Source: Paraspadella gotoi (lineage: Eukaryota > Animalia > Chaetognatha). Taken from it: a DNA stretch of 64,000 nt. The translations under genes were made by a program, and so were the position numbers. Numbering within the stretch: the first letter of the stretch is position 1; every line of letters starts with the position of its first letter. The notes under the pieces were generated by a model, which saw only the letters and a list, made by a program, of their open reading frames with translations, made no database searches and was not told the origin of the DNA. The DNA lies in assembly GCA_051294375.1 (NCBI GenBank), contig CM119264.1, positions 15,773,473-15,837,472 on the forward strand. The letters run 5' to 3'. Below are positions 40,557-53,170 of the stretch, piece after piece.

Positions 40557-41919
40557 GGAGCAGAAAAATGAGCATAAGGATCGTCGCAATTGCAAAGAAA
40601 GAAGAGATAGAGAGAGAGAAAGCAGAAAAATGAGCATAAGGATCGTTGCAATTGCAAAAAGAGAGGAGAGAGAGAGAGAGACAGAGTCCGAGATAAAAAT
40701 TACGTAATAAAAGTTGTTATTTACTCACTGAATAAAAATACTTAAAATACTTACAAAATACATAAAATTGATAAAATTATTATTCCGATAACATTGTTTA
40801 ATCACATGCAATATATCTAGTAAGGCGGGCCAAAATTGAACACTTTTTATAACTTCTAGTTCTCCACAAAAATTCTTTTTTTCCTTCTACTACTAAATCG
40901 ATTTTCAATGTAACTTTTTGAATTAGTTCATTGGGTTGTTGCACTGAAGCTTTTAAATATTTTAATATATAACAAATGACAAAAAAAAATTTAAAAATTT
41001 GATTTTTTTAAGAACGGGTTCTTGTAAAGCTTAAAAAGTTAAATGAAAGTTAGTACTATAATTTTTTCAAATTTTGACAATAAATTGGTTAAAAATAGAA
41101 AAAACCTTAAAAAAATCATCATCATTATTGGCTGAATTTTATTTTTTTAAATTTTTCATTAATAAAACAAAAAAATTTTAAAAAGTTGTATTAATAACCT
41201 TTATCTAACTTTTAAAGCTCTATCAGAATCTATAAAAAAATTGATAAGCAAAATTTTAAAAATTATTTTCATTTTCATATTATTTAATAGTCGCTTAACC
41301 ATTATTTATTTAAGAGAACTTCTAGTTTTCAACCTGTTCCGGCCTAATATCTAGTAAGGAGGGCCAAAATTGAACACTTTTATAACTTCTAGTTCTCTTT
41401 AAAAAATTTTTTTTCCTTTTACTACTAAATCGATTTTCATGTAACTTTTTGAATTAGTTCATTGGGTTGTTGCACTGAAGCTTTTAAATATTTATTAATA
41501 TATAATAATTATATAAAGTTTTGACGGAATTGTGCCAGTGGAAATGAGTTTAGAATCTTTGAATCTTTAATATTAATGATTACTAATAAATGTTTCAATT
41601 AATTAATTAATTAATGTGAAAAAATGATGCAAGTTAAAAAAATCTTAAAAGCATAAAGATCGTCGCAATTGCATAAAAAGAGAGAGAGAGAGAGAGAGAG
41701 TGAGAGAGAGAAGGAGACATTAAATAAAATAGAGGATATTTGTTTGTTTTGATAAAATGTAAAAAAACATATTTATAAACTGTCCTAACCCAATTAAGGA
41801 CATCGATGATGATAGTTGAATATAAATTTAAAATTAATTATTACATTTTAAAATTAATAATTAATTAATTAATTAATTTATTTCGTAGGCAGATCCGACA
41901 TTGTTTGCTCAAACTTGTT
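38716..41919 (+). mobile_element. HINE family 1, 3.2-kb copy inserted in the PLE 3' region
   Basis: Both termini present. Contains (GTCC)n, central tandem repeats, the 18-bp minisatellite and an internal ~160-bp direct duplication. Confidence 0.85.
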
Positions 41920-42430
41920 ATCTCTTACTTAACTATCCCTCACCAACTGTATCTTTTCAAATTTTAATTTTTCCTTTTCCATATTTACTTAACTATTTAT
42001 TACTAGCTAATTGTTAATACTTAATTATTGAGTTTTTCATAATCTTTATCTTTGTTGTTCATTGCATAATGTATTGTTTACCAACTCTCTCTCTATCTCT
42101 CACTCTCTCTCACTATTTTCACTTCTTTTCAAAAACTCATTCAATCTGTCCTTACCTTCAGCCTGTCCTCACATCTGACCACTGTCCTTTACTCAACTCT
42201 GTGTTAGAAATCTTATTGCCTCTCTCTCTCTCTCCTCTTCTTTTGTACATGATTGAAAACTCAAAACTCAAAACTCAAATAACGCTGACAAAGGCTTAAA
42301 ATAAAAGCCGAAACATGTCCGTTTTCCTTTGAAAATAAAAATCGTTGTTGAAACTCGATTAAAACTTTTCACTAATATAATTATCTAAATCTATACAAAA
42401 CAAGGATACCATATGACCAAAAAAACTTGC

Positions 42431-42653
42431 CTGAAGATAGAGATTTATCTGCTCCGTCAGGAGCACGGAGAGATTGCGATACTTTTTGTTAATCTTGGAA
42501 CCCAAAGTGATGAGTCGCAACATAAGAAATCCTAAAACCAGTCCCCAGCTCATCATTTCCCAATTGTAAAGTTGATCCAAAAAAAGATCGGGATTCTTGA
42601 GAATCTCCACACACATGAGAAGAATAATAAAGCAAGTGACCAAGAAAGAGACA
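42431..42653 (-). CDS. PHTF: PHTF homologue, penultimate coding exon (GC donor)
   Basis: Acceptor cttccacag|T. Encodes VSFLVTCFIILLMC...LYNWEMMSWGLVLGFLMLRLITLGSKINKKYRNLSVLLTEQINLYLQ. Donor CAG|gcaagt. Confidence 0.92.
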
Positions 42654-43169
42654 CTGTGGAAGCAGAGTTTAAATAAAAACTTTATTCGTGATGAAACTAG
42701 TATACAGAACCCCAAATACTCCGTTATATTTTTTGAACATCAAATTTCAGCTTCATACTGTTTATCAGTACATCACGATATGTAGTCGGGCATAGCATAA
42801 GTTCACCCTGCCTATAAGCATGACACCTTCAGTCGTGAACCGGTGGCTCCTTGAGTAAAGCCATCAGCTCATGACCACTTGCTACCGGGTTCAATCCCAA
42901 CCCGGAACCTACTCTGCGGGAAGCGTGAACGTAAGACCAGATTCAAATAGCTCACTTTTTATGCTCTATCAGAATCCATCCAAAAATTTTAAGGTTTCAA
43001 AAAAAAATTGATTTCTTTATATAGTAATATAATAATTTTAATTAGGCTAGTACCCTCAAAAAATATTTTAATACTATGGTGGACTAAAATCCACCAACCA
43101 TTCATCAGCGGCCATTGGTGTCGGAGGCAAGTCATCCGCCTCCCAACCCTAAGGTCCAGGGTTCTCTTA

Positions 43170-43465
43170 GCGACCCTCATACGGCGCTCCGCCTCAAAAA
43201 TGTTCCATTGGCAACACGACGCTAGTCTGCGACACTTCCGGTTCGCGGGCACGCCCTCTTATCCCTGCATCATGGCACCGACGCATTTTCGACTCCACCC
43301 ATGGAATCGCTCATCCAGGAATTCGCGCATCAAAGAAACTCTGGATACACGCATTTCTTGACGATGATCGATCGCTTTACGCGCAGGCCGGAAGCAGCGC
43401 CACTCCGCGACCCCTCCGTCGCCGCCACCTTCTTACATTACTGGGTCTCCCGCTTCGGCCAGGAG
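43170..43465 (+). pseudogene. Gypsy LTR-retrotransposon pol/integrase remnant
   Basis: LVCDTSGSRARPLIPASWHRRIFDSTHGIAHPGIRASK (integrase Zn-finger region), then SGYTHFLTMIDRFTRRPEAAPLRD..VAATFLHYWVSRFG (rve core start), with deletions and frameshifts. Confidence 0.85.
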
Positions 43466-45850
43466 AAATGGACTCCTCATCTCCAGAGGATATTCAAACC
43501 TCGTTTTTACTATAGATATGAAAGGGAAATTTTACTTTTTTAAAATTACAAACGGGATTACGGAATGTTAGCATTATAAATGGTACTTTGAATTATGAGA
43601 TTCCAAAAGCCTCATGTCCCAAGAGCTCGACCTATTTTTCTCTTTTTATTTCATGATGTTTTTAGGGACAAACGATCGTGTTTAAATGAAGTGGTCCAGT
43701 TTTCATCACACAATTTTATTTAAAAAGAAATCAAAATGAAATGAGAGAAAAAACTGATGGTTCCGCGTACAAACGTTGCACTTAGGAAAAAAACGACTCT
43801 TTCCAATATTGTTCAGTTGTTACTTACAATGTTGATTAACTCTGTACCACAACACAAATTAGGCCGAACGAAGGATTGGTTAGAAACATCTCCACCCGTT
43901 TTTAATGATAAAAGAGTACCATTTTGGCAACTTTTAGGAAAAAAAATTATGTCCATTTTTGTCCATTTTTACTTACGACTTCTGATTTGAATTCCAAGGA
44001 AAGTTGAGAAAAATTTTTTACTTTGGAAATCTGTTCTTTCTTATCTTCTTTACCCCTGGGTAAATTTATTAGCTTAAATCATTTATAGTTTGCCTATGAA
44101 TTAATTTTAAAGTTAACAAGTCAAAAAGATGCAGTTTGTCTTTATCATAATTTGTTAAACAAAAATAAATCAAATTGGTAGAAATTAACAGAAAATATAG
44201 CTTATGGAATAAGCTTTTAACACCTATAAAATTATAAAAAAAACTTTTTTGGTTTAGCAACAAATAATTTTTAAAGACGTTTTTTAATTTGTGACTTTTT
44301 GTGACTTGCATTTATTTTTGATAAAGAGAATATTTTCAACTCATTTATTAGTTTTAAAAGATGAAGTACATACTGACATTGATTAAACAAAAAAAAACCG
44401 CATCCTTTTAAGCCAATGGAAAGCGTTAGGAATTGTTTTTCTCAGAGTTGACAGATTTTGCGGAAAATTTTCCGCAAAATCTGTCGATTTACTACATTTG
44501 CTAGGCAACCAAAATTGAAAGAAAAATCATGCGCTACCGTTCATTTTCTTTCTTATAATGCATTTTAAATATTTTCTTTGATTTGGCTCAATTTAAACGA
44601 AGTGAGAGGAAATAGGAAAGGGAAAACAAGAAAAGGAGAAGGGGAGAGAATGAAAGAGAGGGTGAAAGGCAAAAAAACAAAGGCAAATGGGGAAGAAATA
44701 GTGAAACAATTGTTAGGTGAGAAAAGAGGGGAAAATGGAAAGAAAAAGAGGGAAAAAGAAAGGGAAAGAATGAAGATGAGAAAAAGAGGTGAGGAAAGTG
44801 CATGAGTGGCAGAAAAAGGTAGGGGTCGAAAAAAGGTAAGTGACAGCGTGAGAAGTAAGGGAGGAAAGAGGAAGAGGAAAATATAAAGACAGAGAAGAAA
44901 AGAGGTGAAAAAAAATAATCAGGAAAAGCAAATGAAGGGAAAAAAAATGTATCAGATAATGTGGCGTCTTACCTAAAATCTTTTGGTATAAAGTAATAGA
45001 CATGGAAATTTTCTTATAAGGAATCTGATTCTTTAAAAATTATCTGTACCATAAAAATTCAAACATACTTATTACTCAAATTAAGCAGTTAATGAGATTA
45101 GATTGACAATCATTGAAGAAATCATGTCTTACCGTATTTTTAACTCATAGAAATTTACTTGGGAAGTTCTAAGTGATAAGAAGAAGATAACTTGAGACTA
45201 CCGTTTTTTTAAATGAAGAAAGCTTCGTACTAACCAATGAGATCAAGAAATATGGTAATTATTGAAGTTCAGATTTCGTTGTCTAAAAGACTCTGATTGT
45301 ATGCTTAACCTGATTTTTCCTAATATCTTAGAAGGAACAAAGATACAGGGAAAGCAATAGTACCAAAATGAAGCCATAATCATAGGGCATATACAAGATA
45401 CAAATTTAAAATCATTTTTCCAAAAACCTTCTTACAGAGGGAGTGCAAAAAACTAAGTCAAAAGTATAATAAATTTTCACTTAAATATTTGTGAAGCCTG
45501 TGAGATAGGGCGTTTAAAATTAACAAAATATAACAAATCGAATAAGGTACAGAGCTATTTTAGTGTAAACAAGTCTGTAGAATTCGATGGTGATGACCAT
45601 ATTTTTGTATAATTTTATCTTTATTGTCGAAAATTACGATTTTTTATGTATATGAAATTTTCATAAAATAGCACAACCATTATAAGTTATAAATAAATTC
45701 ATTAAAATTTTAGAAAATATATATGAGCTTTTAAAATATAAAAATAAAGACTTATAAAATTTTTTAATCTTAAATAAATAAATAAATAAATTCGCCTATT
45801 TTATTATTGAAAAATAACATCAAAGTGTAGAAGTTGAACGTCTTCTCGCT

Positions 45851-46045
45851 CAACTGTTCATCAGCGGCCACTGGTGCCGGAGGCAAGTTATTCGCCTCCC
45901 AACCCAAGTCCGGGGTTCTAGCCCGGTGATCGCCTAGCAGTTAAGAGGGATGGGGCGCTTAACCTGCCTGTAACACGGTGTTACAGCCTGATCCGAAGCT
46001 CAGGGACTGCTTATATTGCACGGTTCTGTCACTAACACATAACAA
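45851..46045 (+). mobile_element. Family A tRNA-derived element, truncated at both ends
   Basis: Matches ~59355-59552. Other partial copies at 43075-43166 and ~53880-53935. Confidence 0.75.
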
Positions 46046-47959
46046 CATCCCTGATCATTAAAATATGACACAATGAAAAATAACGTGGCGAAACGGTCTC
46101 GTGCTGATTTTGTTCCTTTAAAATTGTTTCTGAGCCAAATTAATTGATCATTACTTTTGGTAATATGTGCGATATACACTACTGGACATTACTGTATCTG
46201 ACCATAACCCTTGACCATCAACAAAAAAGCTAACTAGATCAAAAATAGTAAAAAAGATGAAGCAATATAGCTCGAAACGCTTACAAAATTTTAGACCATT
46301 GCTTTTATAAATGCAAAAAAAATATTAATATTATTAAAACAAAATTTTAACAATAACCTAATAGTTAACCGAGACCAAGATGATTATTTTTTACCCATCA
46401 TTTCCTCAATTTATATGAATCATTTGTTTGTAATTAGTCAATTAATCTAAATAACAATATGACAAATTCATTTTCAATTTTCTTTATGAATGGGAAGTTT
46501 TCTCTGCTTACTCCCCTTGTGTCTAATTATTTAATATTTTAAAGGTATTTTCAAAAACCTTATATAATTACTATATTTTTCACTTTTTTCAATTCTTTCA
46601 AACAAAAACAACATCATAAAAACATTTTAAATTAATAAAAAAAAATTGATTGAATGATTTTGGAAAAAAATATTTTGAAACTTGAGAATAATGGATTATG
46701 AGTCAGGAAAAAAATTTTGCAATTCTAAAAAAATCAGCCTCTAGCCTTTTGATTTTTCTAGAGGCTGATTTTTTTATTTTTTTGATATTTTGATTTTCTA
46801 TGCAAAACCATTATTCTCAATGAGCATAGGTCGGACGAAATTTTTTTTCCAACAATTTGAAAAAATTTCAACTTTTCTAATTAGGCTTTTTTGGGGGAAA
46901 TAAATAAATAAATTATTATACGATGAGTACATCTGAAAGTGATCTATCTCTAAATGACAAAAAAAATTTCTTCAAGTTTTATTTTGAAATTTAAGTATTG
47001 TACCAATAGAAATAAGTGAGATACTCCTGCTTTGCCGAAATTTTTATTTAACAAAGATTTGTACTGCGTAATTTAAAAAAAATTATTTTTTTAAATAACT
47101 TTTAAAAGAAAAGAGGTAGCAAGGTGGATGTGGTATCAAATTAAAGCCCTAATCATGGGACACCTTTCTAAAAGAGTTTTATTAAATTAAATCCATAAAT
47201 CTTTACACAGCTTTTGTTTAAATCAGAGTTAAAAGTATAATAGTTTTTTGCTTTAAAAATTTTAATGAAGGCATCTGAAATTTTTTATTTTTCTTTTGTA
47301 ATTTGAAAAAGAAAATTTTGTTTATTATTAAATTTTCTTTATTCTATAAAATTGCTTATAATTTTCAGTTAAAGTAAATAACAAGCAAAAATTTATGTTG
47401 TAGCTTGATAAAATGTATTTTTAAATATTAAAAATGATAAATACAAAAATGTTTTTAGCTTGATATAAACAGTCTGGACATCTACCTTCTTGTCTGTGAA
47501 AAAAAAATTGTCATTTTTCATTATCTTTAACTGCAAATTAAATGCTTGACACACTGCTTGTTTATCATAATAAAGTTGTAAAAAACTATATAGCTGGTAA
47601 AATATTTGACAAAGCAAAACATCATTGGGTTAAATTGTATTGATAATTTTTTTTTAAATATAACAAGGAATTTAATTCTATTATTTATCATCCATTTTAA
47701 TTAAGAAAAAATATTTCTCGTAAATAGCCCATTGGAAAGGGTTCATTGACTGACTTAATGATGAAATTTTTTAGATTTTTTTACTGCCCCCATTTTACAA
47801 GATATAAAAGGTTATGGTTATCATGTCAATAAGTCCAGATTATCTGTGCCCTTTCTGCAACCTGCATTCCAAATTTTCTTTTTTTTTCCTTTCAAATGTA
47901 TTAAATAAAAAAAATTATTNNNNNNNNNNNNNNNNNNNNNNNNNAGAGAGATAGTCTAT

Positions 47960-48200
47960 ACGTCGTTTCTTAGAGATCGAGGAAGACTTTTCCAATGAGA
48001 TTTTCGTTCAAATCTTGACTTCAACGTATATAGCACAATATAAAACGCTTCCTGGTAAATCTGTCGGTAAAATATCGATGAAACACTTGATTCGATCCTG
48101 GTGCCATCTGAAGGCTTCGCATTTCTTTTTCCTCTTTTCAACATCATCAACATCTTGATATCAAACAAGCTAGACAAATAGGAAACTGCTTCTGCATGGA
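47960..48200 (-). pseudogene. Possible hAT-type transposase remnant
   Basis: IFYRQIYQEAFYIVLYTLKSRFE resembles the YRxxYxExxDxxxxxLxxRF helix of hAT transposases. Related decayed copy at ~27930-28170 (+). Confidence 0.45.
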
Positions 48201-48446
48201 AAAATTTTCCAATCTCTGATTTTATATAGAAATGAAAGAGGATTTTTTTCCTTGAAAAACGATATTAAACGTGACTGAGGTATGTCTGGGGTTCAACAAA
48301 ATGAGGTCCAATTTGGAATGCTGTTGAAGTGTCTGTAGGCTCTCAAAATTTTTCTTTACATTTTACTTAGGTTTTTTGATATGATCGATCGTGGTAAAGT
48401 GAATTAGTCCATTTTGGTGATATTTTTATTTAAGATATTTCCTAAG

Positions 48447-48621
48447 TAGGGTAATAACCTTTCTTTATTTCGTTTGTTGTATGTATTTCGGGCAAAATGA
48501 TTTTGAAAAGTTTGAAGACAACGAATTTATTTTAATCAATAGAAAAACGGACATGTTTCGGCTGTTATTCAAGCCTTCTTCAGCGTCATGATTGTGATTT
48601 GATACAGTTTTTGTGAAAAAA

Positions 48622-48657
<36 letters not shown>

Positions 48658-48757
48658 CAAAGTTTTCCAACACAGAAGTTGAGAAAGAATAGTGGTCAAG
48701 TGTGAGGACAGGTTAAGAATGAGGACAGATAGAGATTAGTTTTGAAAGAATGAAATG

Positions 48758-48792
<35 letters not shown>

Positions 48793-50120
48793 AGAGAGAG
48801 GAGAGAGAGACAAGAGAGAGGAAATAATATTAACATTGTCAATGTACAACAAAGATAAAGTTTGTAAACTGTTATTAACATTAACTATTGAATAAATAAA
48901 TAGATGAAGGTGAGAAATTGAAATGTGAAATGAAAGATAGATTTAGTGTTAAGAAATTGTTGAATTAAGTAATAAGAAAATTAAGAATTAAGAAAGAGCT
49001 CAAAGTGAGCTGGCCCCCCTTGGTTGGCAAATGAAGGCGGACGATGTGCGGGTCATTGGCGTGTCATGGTTGAGAGGACAATTGACCGAATATGTTATTG
49101 TCGGACTGGGAGGCTTCTTGCGGGAAAATCCAAGGACTACTTCAATGTCCTTTGGCCTGATACGCCTGCCGCTGCCCTCTTCTCGCCTGCTGACGAGGTG
49201 GGCGGTTGTCCGTTCTTGCCCTTTTGGACAGGAAGTGACGACTCCTCCCCTCCTCCTGCAGCGCGTCGTTTTGGCGACGCTCAGTCCCAGGAGAGGGATG
49301 AGTTGCTACAGTGAGGGAGAGGCATCGTGCCCATGCCTGCGAAAGGGTCTCCGCCTGTCCGTTGAGTGGACAGGGGAATCATTGTGCGGACGTGTGGCGG
49401 CGGGGCTCACCACGCTTTTGATAAGCGAATCATAGCTTGGAGGGAGTCGAATCGTCCTCCATCACGGTTCAAAGAGGTTTCAGAGCTTTGATAAATTGCC
49501 TCCTAATACCTCTTGAGAACCAGTTGGGTCATGGGACAGCACGAGACAGTCTGACTCTCGAAGATGGCCGAGTTTGCTGTGTGCTCAGCAAGCGGACAGA
49601 TAGTGCCTCGAGCGTCACGGTAGGTTGTATGTGTGAACCGATCGTCAGAGACTTTCCTGTCTCCCCACGTATGCTGCTGTGCAGGTTGGTTTGCCCGCCC
49701 TGCACAGGCCGCCCAATAGACGGCTCCTGATGTTTTCGGTCTGGGGATTTTATCTTTCGGTTTCACCAATTGCTCACGTAGAGAACCGCGGGTCGTCACT
49801 GAACTGGAGATCCCTGCTTTGCTAGCACCGCACCAAGACTCAGTGATCCCCTGGTGGTAGGGGAGGGACAAGTGACCACGTTCTTAGGCGCTTCTGCTTA
49901 TCTCCGTGCGCTGTGGTGGGCGCGGTCGGCTCTTCAGCCAACTTTCCCTATCTCTCTCTCTCTCTCTCTTTCTTCTCTCTCTCTCTTTCCTTCTTTCACA
50001 CAAAAAAACTGTACAAATTCACAAAATCATTGACGCTGGGAAAAGGCTTGAATCCAAAGCGAAACATGTACGTTTTCTATGATTAATAAAATTCGTTGTC
50101 AAACAAAAATCATTTGCCCA
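48447..50120 (-). mobile_element. Penelope-like element: tailed pLTR, GIY-YIG remnant and inverted partial pLTR
   Basis: Minus strand SLPYHQGITES...LVKPKDKIPRPKTSGAVYWAAC (49503-49871). Hammerheads at 48546-48587 (-, intact) and ~50032-50074 (+, decayed). It interrupts a repeat that is contiguous at 27600-27790. Confidence 0.85.
48546..48587 (-). ncRNA. Minimal hammerhead ribozyme
   Basis: Reverse complement gacg CTGAAGA aggctt gaataac agcc GAAAC ATGTC cgtt. Confidence 0.78.
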
Positions 50121-50897
50121 AGTAAAAGTAAAAGAGGAGCTAACGATCGGAATTCTAAGAGTTTTCAACCGGAGTCAGATTCGGGAAAAAATCTTCTATG
50201 GCGAAAATCTTCCAAAGGAAGGGGTGATTTCGAGATTTTGGTTAATTTTTCTATATTTATAGTCGGATTTTTTGAAACTTAATATTAACAATATTGCCAT
50301 CATTCTACCTTGGCCGTATAAGAAATATATAAAAAGCTCCGGGCTTTGTTCCGTCAGAGCTTAGGTCCTAAATAAAATAATTCTTGAATAAAGCTTTTAA
50401 TGCAATCTTGGTTTGAATGATTCCCAGCCTTAAAGGTAAACGAGCGAAGGGATCCACAACTCTCATATTTTATGATTTCTGGGTTAAAAAAAATATTGTA
50501 AATATTTATAAGTGTGGAAAGTCTTGTGAAGCCTGTGAGAGTTAAATAAATAAAAATCGCTCTATTTTATTATTGAAAAATAAAACATTAAGTGTAGAAG
50601 TTGAATATCTTCTGGCTTTCTGGTGGAAAAGAAAAGCATGTTTACAAAATTCTACAAAATATTAGTCACCCCAATGCAGCCTAAGTATTTATCTTTCGTT
50701 TCCCATCAGAAAGAAAAATTAAGTAAATATGAACACAATGAAAAATGGCGTAACGTTACTGTTCCGTGCATAAAAAAAATTCACTGTTCAATATTATTAT
50801 ATTTCTTTTTATTTTTTAAAAACGTTATAGTTTCATATGCTGATATCCAAAATATCAATGCAAAATCTTTTTTGTTTTTTTAGATATGACTGTATAT

Positions 50898-51503
50898 TAA
50901 GGCGTAGTGAAAGTGACATACAAAAATTCTAAAAGTCAATTATGAACAACATACCATCAGTGAACTTAATTTGTAAAAAAATATTATTTTATGTTTTTTA
51001 ATTTTCGCAGTGGGCTATATTTATATATAGTACTATCCTTATAAAATCGAAAATTTTCAAAATAGGCTTTTCTTAATTTTAATTGCAGATTTGAATTCCT
51101 CGTCAAAAGTTGATAAAAGAAAATATAAAATCATTTTTAAAAATTCTTTCATTAAGTGGGTAAAAATTAAAAAACTATATTTAATATATAAAAAGTTATT
51201 TTCAGCTTAAAATATAGCTTTTTCTAATTTTGACCCACTTAATGAAGGAACTTTTTCAAAAAAGAGTTATATTTCTTTTTATCAACTTTTTATGACGAAT
51301 CCAAATCTGCAAAAAAATCTTAGAAAAAACGTTTTGAAATTTTAACATTTATTGGTTTAGTACTAGTATAAATATGGCCTACTGCGTAAATTGTAAAATT
51401 TATTATAAATTTTTTTATTACAAAATGTTCATTAGTATAATGTTGTTCGTTCCTCACTTTTAGAATTTAATTAAAGTTAAATTTAGAAATTTACTACGCC
51501 TTA
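50898..51503. mobile_element. Fold-back (palindromic) MITE, hAT-like
   Basis: Ends TAAGGCGTAGT / ACTACGCCTTA with imperfect symmetry across the whole element (e.g. CATTAAGTGGGT / ACCCACTTAATG, TGCAGATTTG / CAAATCTGCA). Flanks CTGTATAT / CTGTATAA give a 7/8 TSD. Confidence 0.7.
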
Positions 51504-53170
51504 CTGTATAAGGGTAAAAGATGATAATTTTTTTAAAAAGTTACTTATTCATATTTATTCATAGAATTGTAATAGAAAAAAAAAAAAAAAAATAATAGTA
51601 CTAATAGTTAGTGTTATGTCTCAAATAGATGGAAAAAAAACCTCATTTAAAAATTCGATCGGGAAGTGGGGTAACTAAGGCTTACCAATGGCATCCTCCA
51701 CGCCGATTGTTCTCTCAAATAATGTCTTCCTCGATCTCTAAGAACGACGTAGACTCCTATTTTTATGCAAAAGAAGTATATTTCCTTTGTGTTTCAAATA
51801 AAAAAACTTAAAATTTGACTAAGGTTCAGCTTCAAGAGCCACCCAAAAATCGGGCAATTTTTTTTATGGTAAACTTTAAAAATTTCATTCAAGACGGTAA
51901 AGTCATTTTTAAAAGCGAATTTTAATTTTTTTTTTCAATTAACATCAGCTACCTCAGTGTAATACTTGTACCTAAAACCTAGTCATTCTTATGATGTAAC
52001 TGGATCAATTAAAGATGAAAATATAAACGTTTATGTAGAGTGCAGAATACATATTTAATGATGCCTAATACCATTTTTTTCACTAAAAGAGTAATACAAA
52101 AATTGTAAAATTTTTAAAAGTCAAGGACAATTGTCGATTGGCATCTGCAGTTGGGTCCTCTGAGATAGAAACGCTCTTTGGTGCCATAGATGGTCACTGA
52201 TTCCACAGATGGACAATCGTTATGCTCTCCTCTTGTCAATTAGTTTCTGTTCCCCACATTCAAAACTAGCTTTAAAGCTTGACCGTTTGCCACTGACGAA
52301 AATTAGTAAACCCCTTGCAGCATTCCTCCTTGTTCACCCGTCCGTGTTTTGGTGTTACAGCATTTTTTGAATTTAAAAAAAAATTTTAAAAATTGGATAA
52401 AACTTCAGAGAACGGTAAAGCTATCATTTAAACTAGAAATGAAAATAGATTTTACAAAAGCATGTCGATTTTAAAGTTCTCTGCTCGACTTTCAGTTCTT
52501 TAAAATCTACAGAAAAAAAATAAAAAATAAATAAACAAAAAGAGTTGGAGCGAAAGCCGTTTGAAAAAAAAATAAACAAATTATTTTTCATTTGTATGGA
52601 AATGTGGGAGAAATTCTATGAGAGGGATTTTTGAAAATGTTATTCGTTTTCAAGATATTTAGATTTTAATGCCAAAATTTCATTATTCTTTTTTTTTTCC
52701 TATGAAGAAAAGTTGAAATTGGAAATCCCTCTCATAGAATTGGGGACCTTCACCTCAAGTAAAATTATGTTAAATTTCATCAAAATCCGCATCGCCGTTT
52801 GGGCTGCAACTCTTCCGATAGGTTTCTTTTATTTTATATAGTAATATAAAAATTCGAAAAATACCAACGGTTTTGAAAAAATAATAAGGTGAATACATTT
52901 TCGGAATCGACTGGACCTCTACTTTCAAAATCCAAGCTTTGTGTTACCCTATTTATAACTTTTGGCGAGTGATCCCAGGCCTTAAGGGAAAAAAAATTAA
53001 CTAGCGGAATTAAAGTTTGAAAGAGAAAGTCAGATTATATGTTAAAAAAGGGAGAGGAATTTTGGCTGTTTTTGATCGATTTCTTCTAAACTCATTGACC
53101 AATTTAGACGTAACTTTAAGATTTACATTATTCCAAAAATATCAAAATATTAGGATAAAATCTTAAAAGC

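Larger units (their letters stand above)
30281..42374 (+). mobile_element. Penelope-like element split by nested insertions (pieces 30281-31340, ~38555-38715, 41920-42374)
   Basis: Inverted pLTR arms ~30322-30497 and ~42186-42372, each with a decayed hammerhead. Candidate TSD ATATAATTA (30272-30280, 42375-42383). The pieces are colinear with the uninterrupted copy at 48447-50120. Confidence 0.8.
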
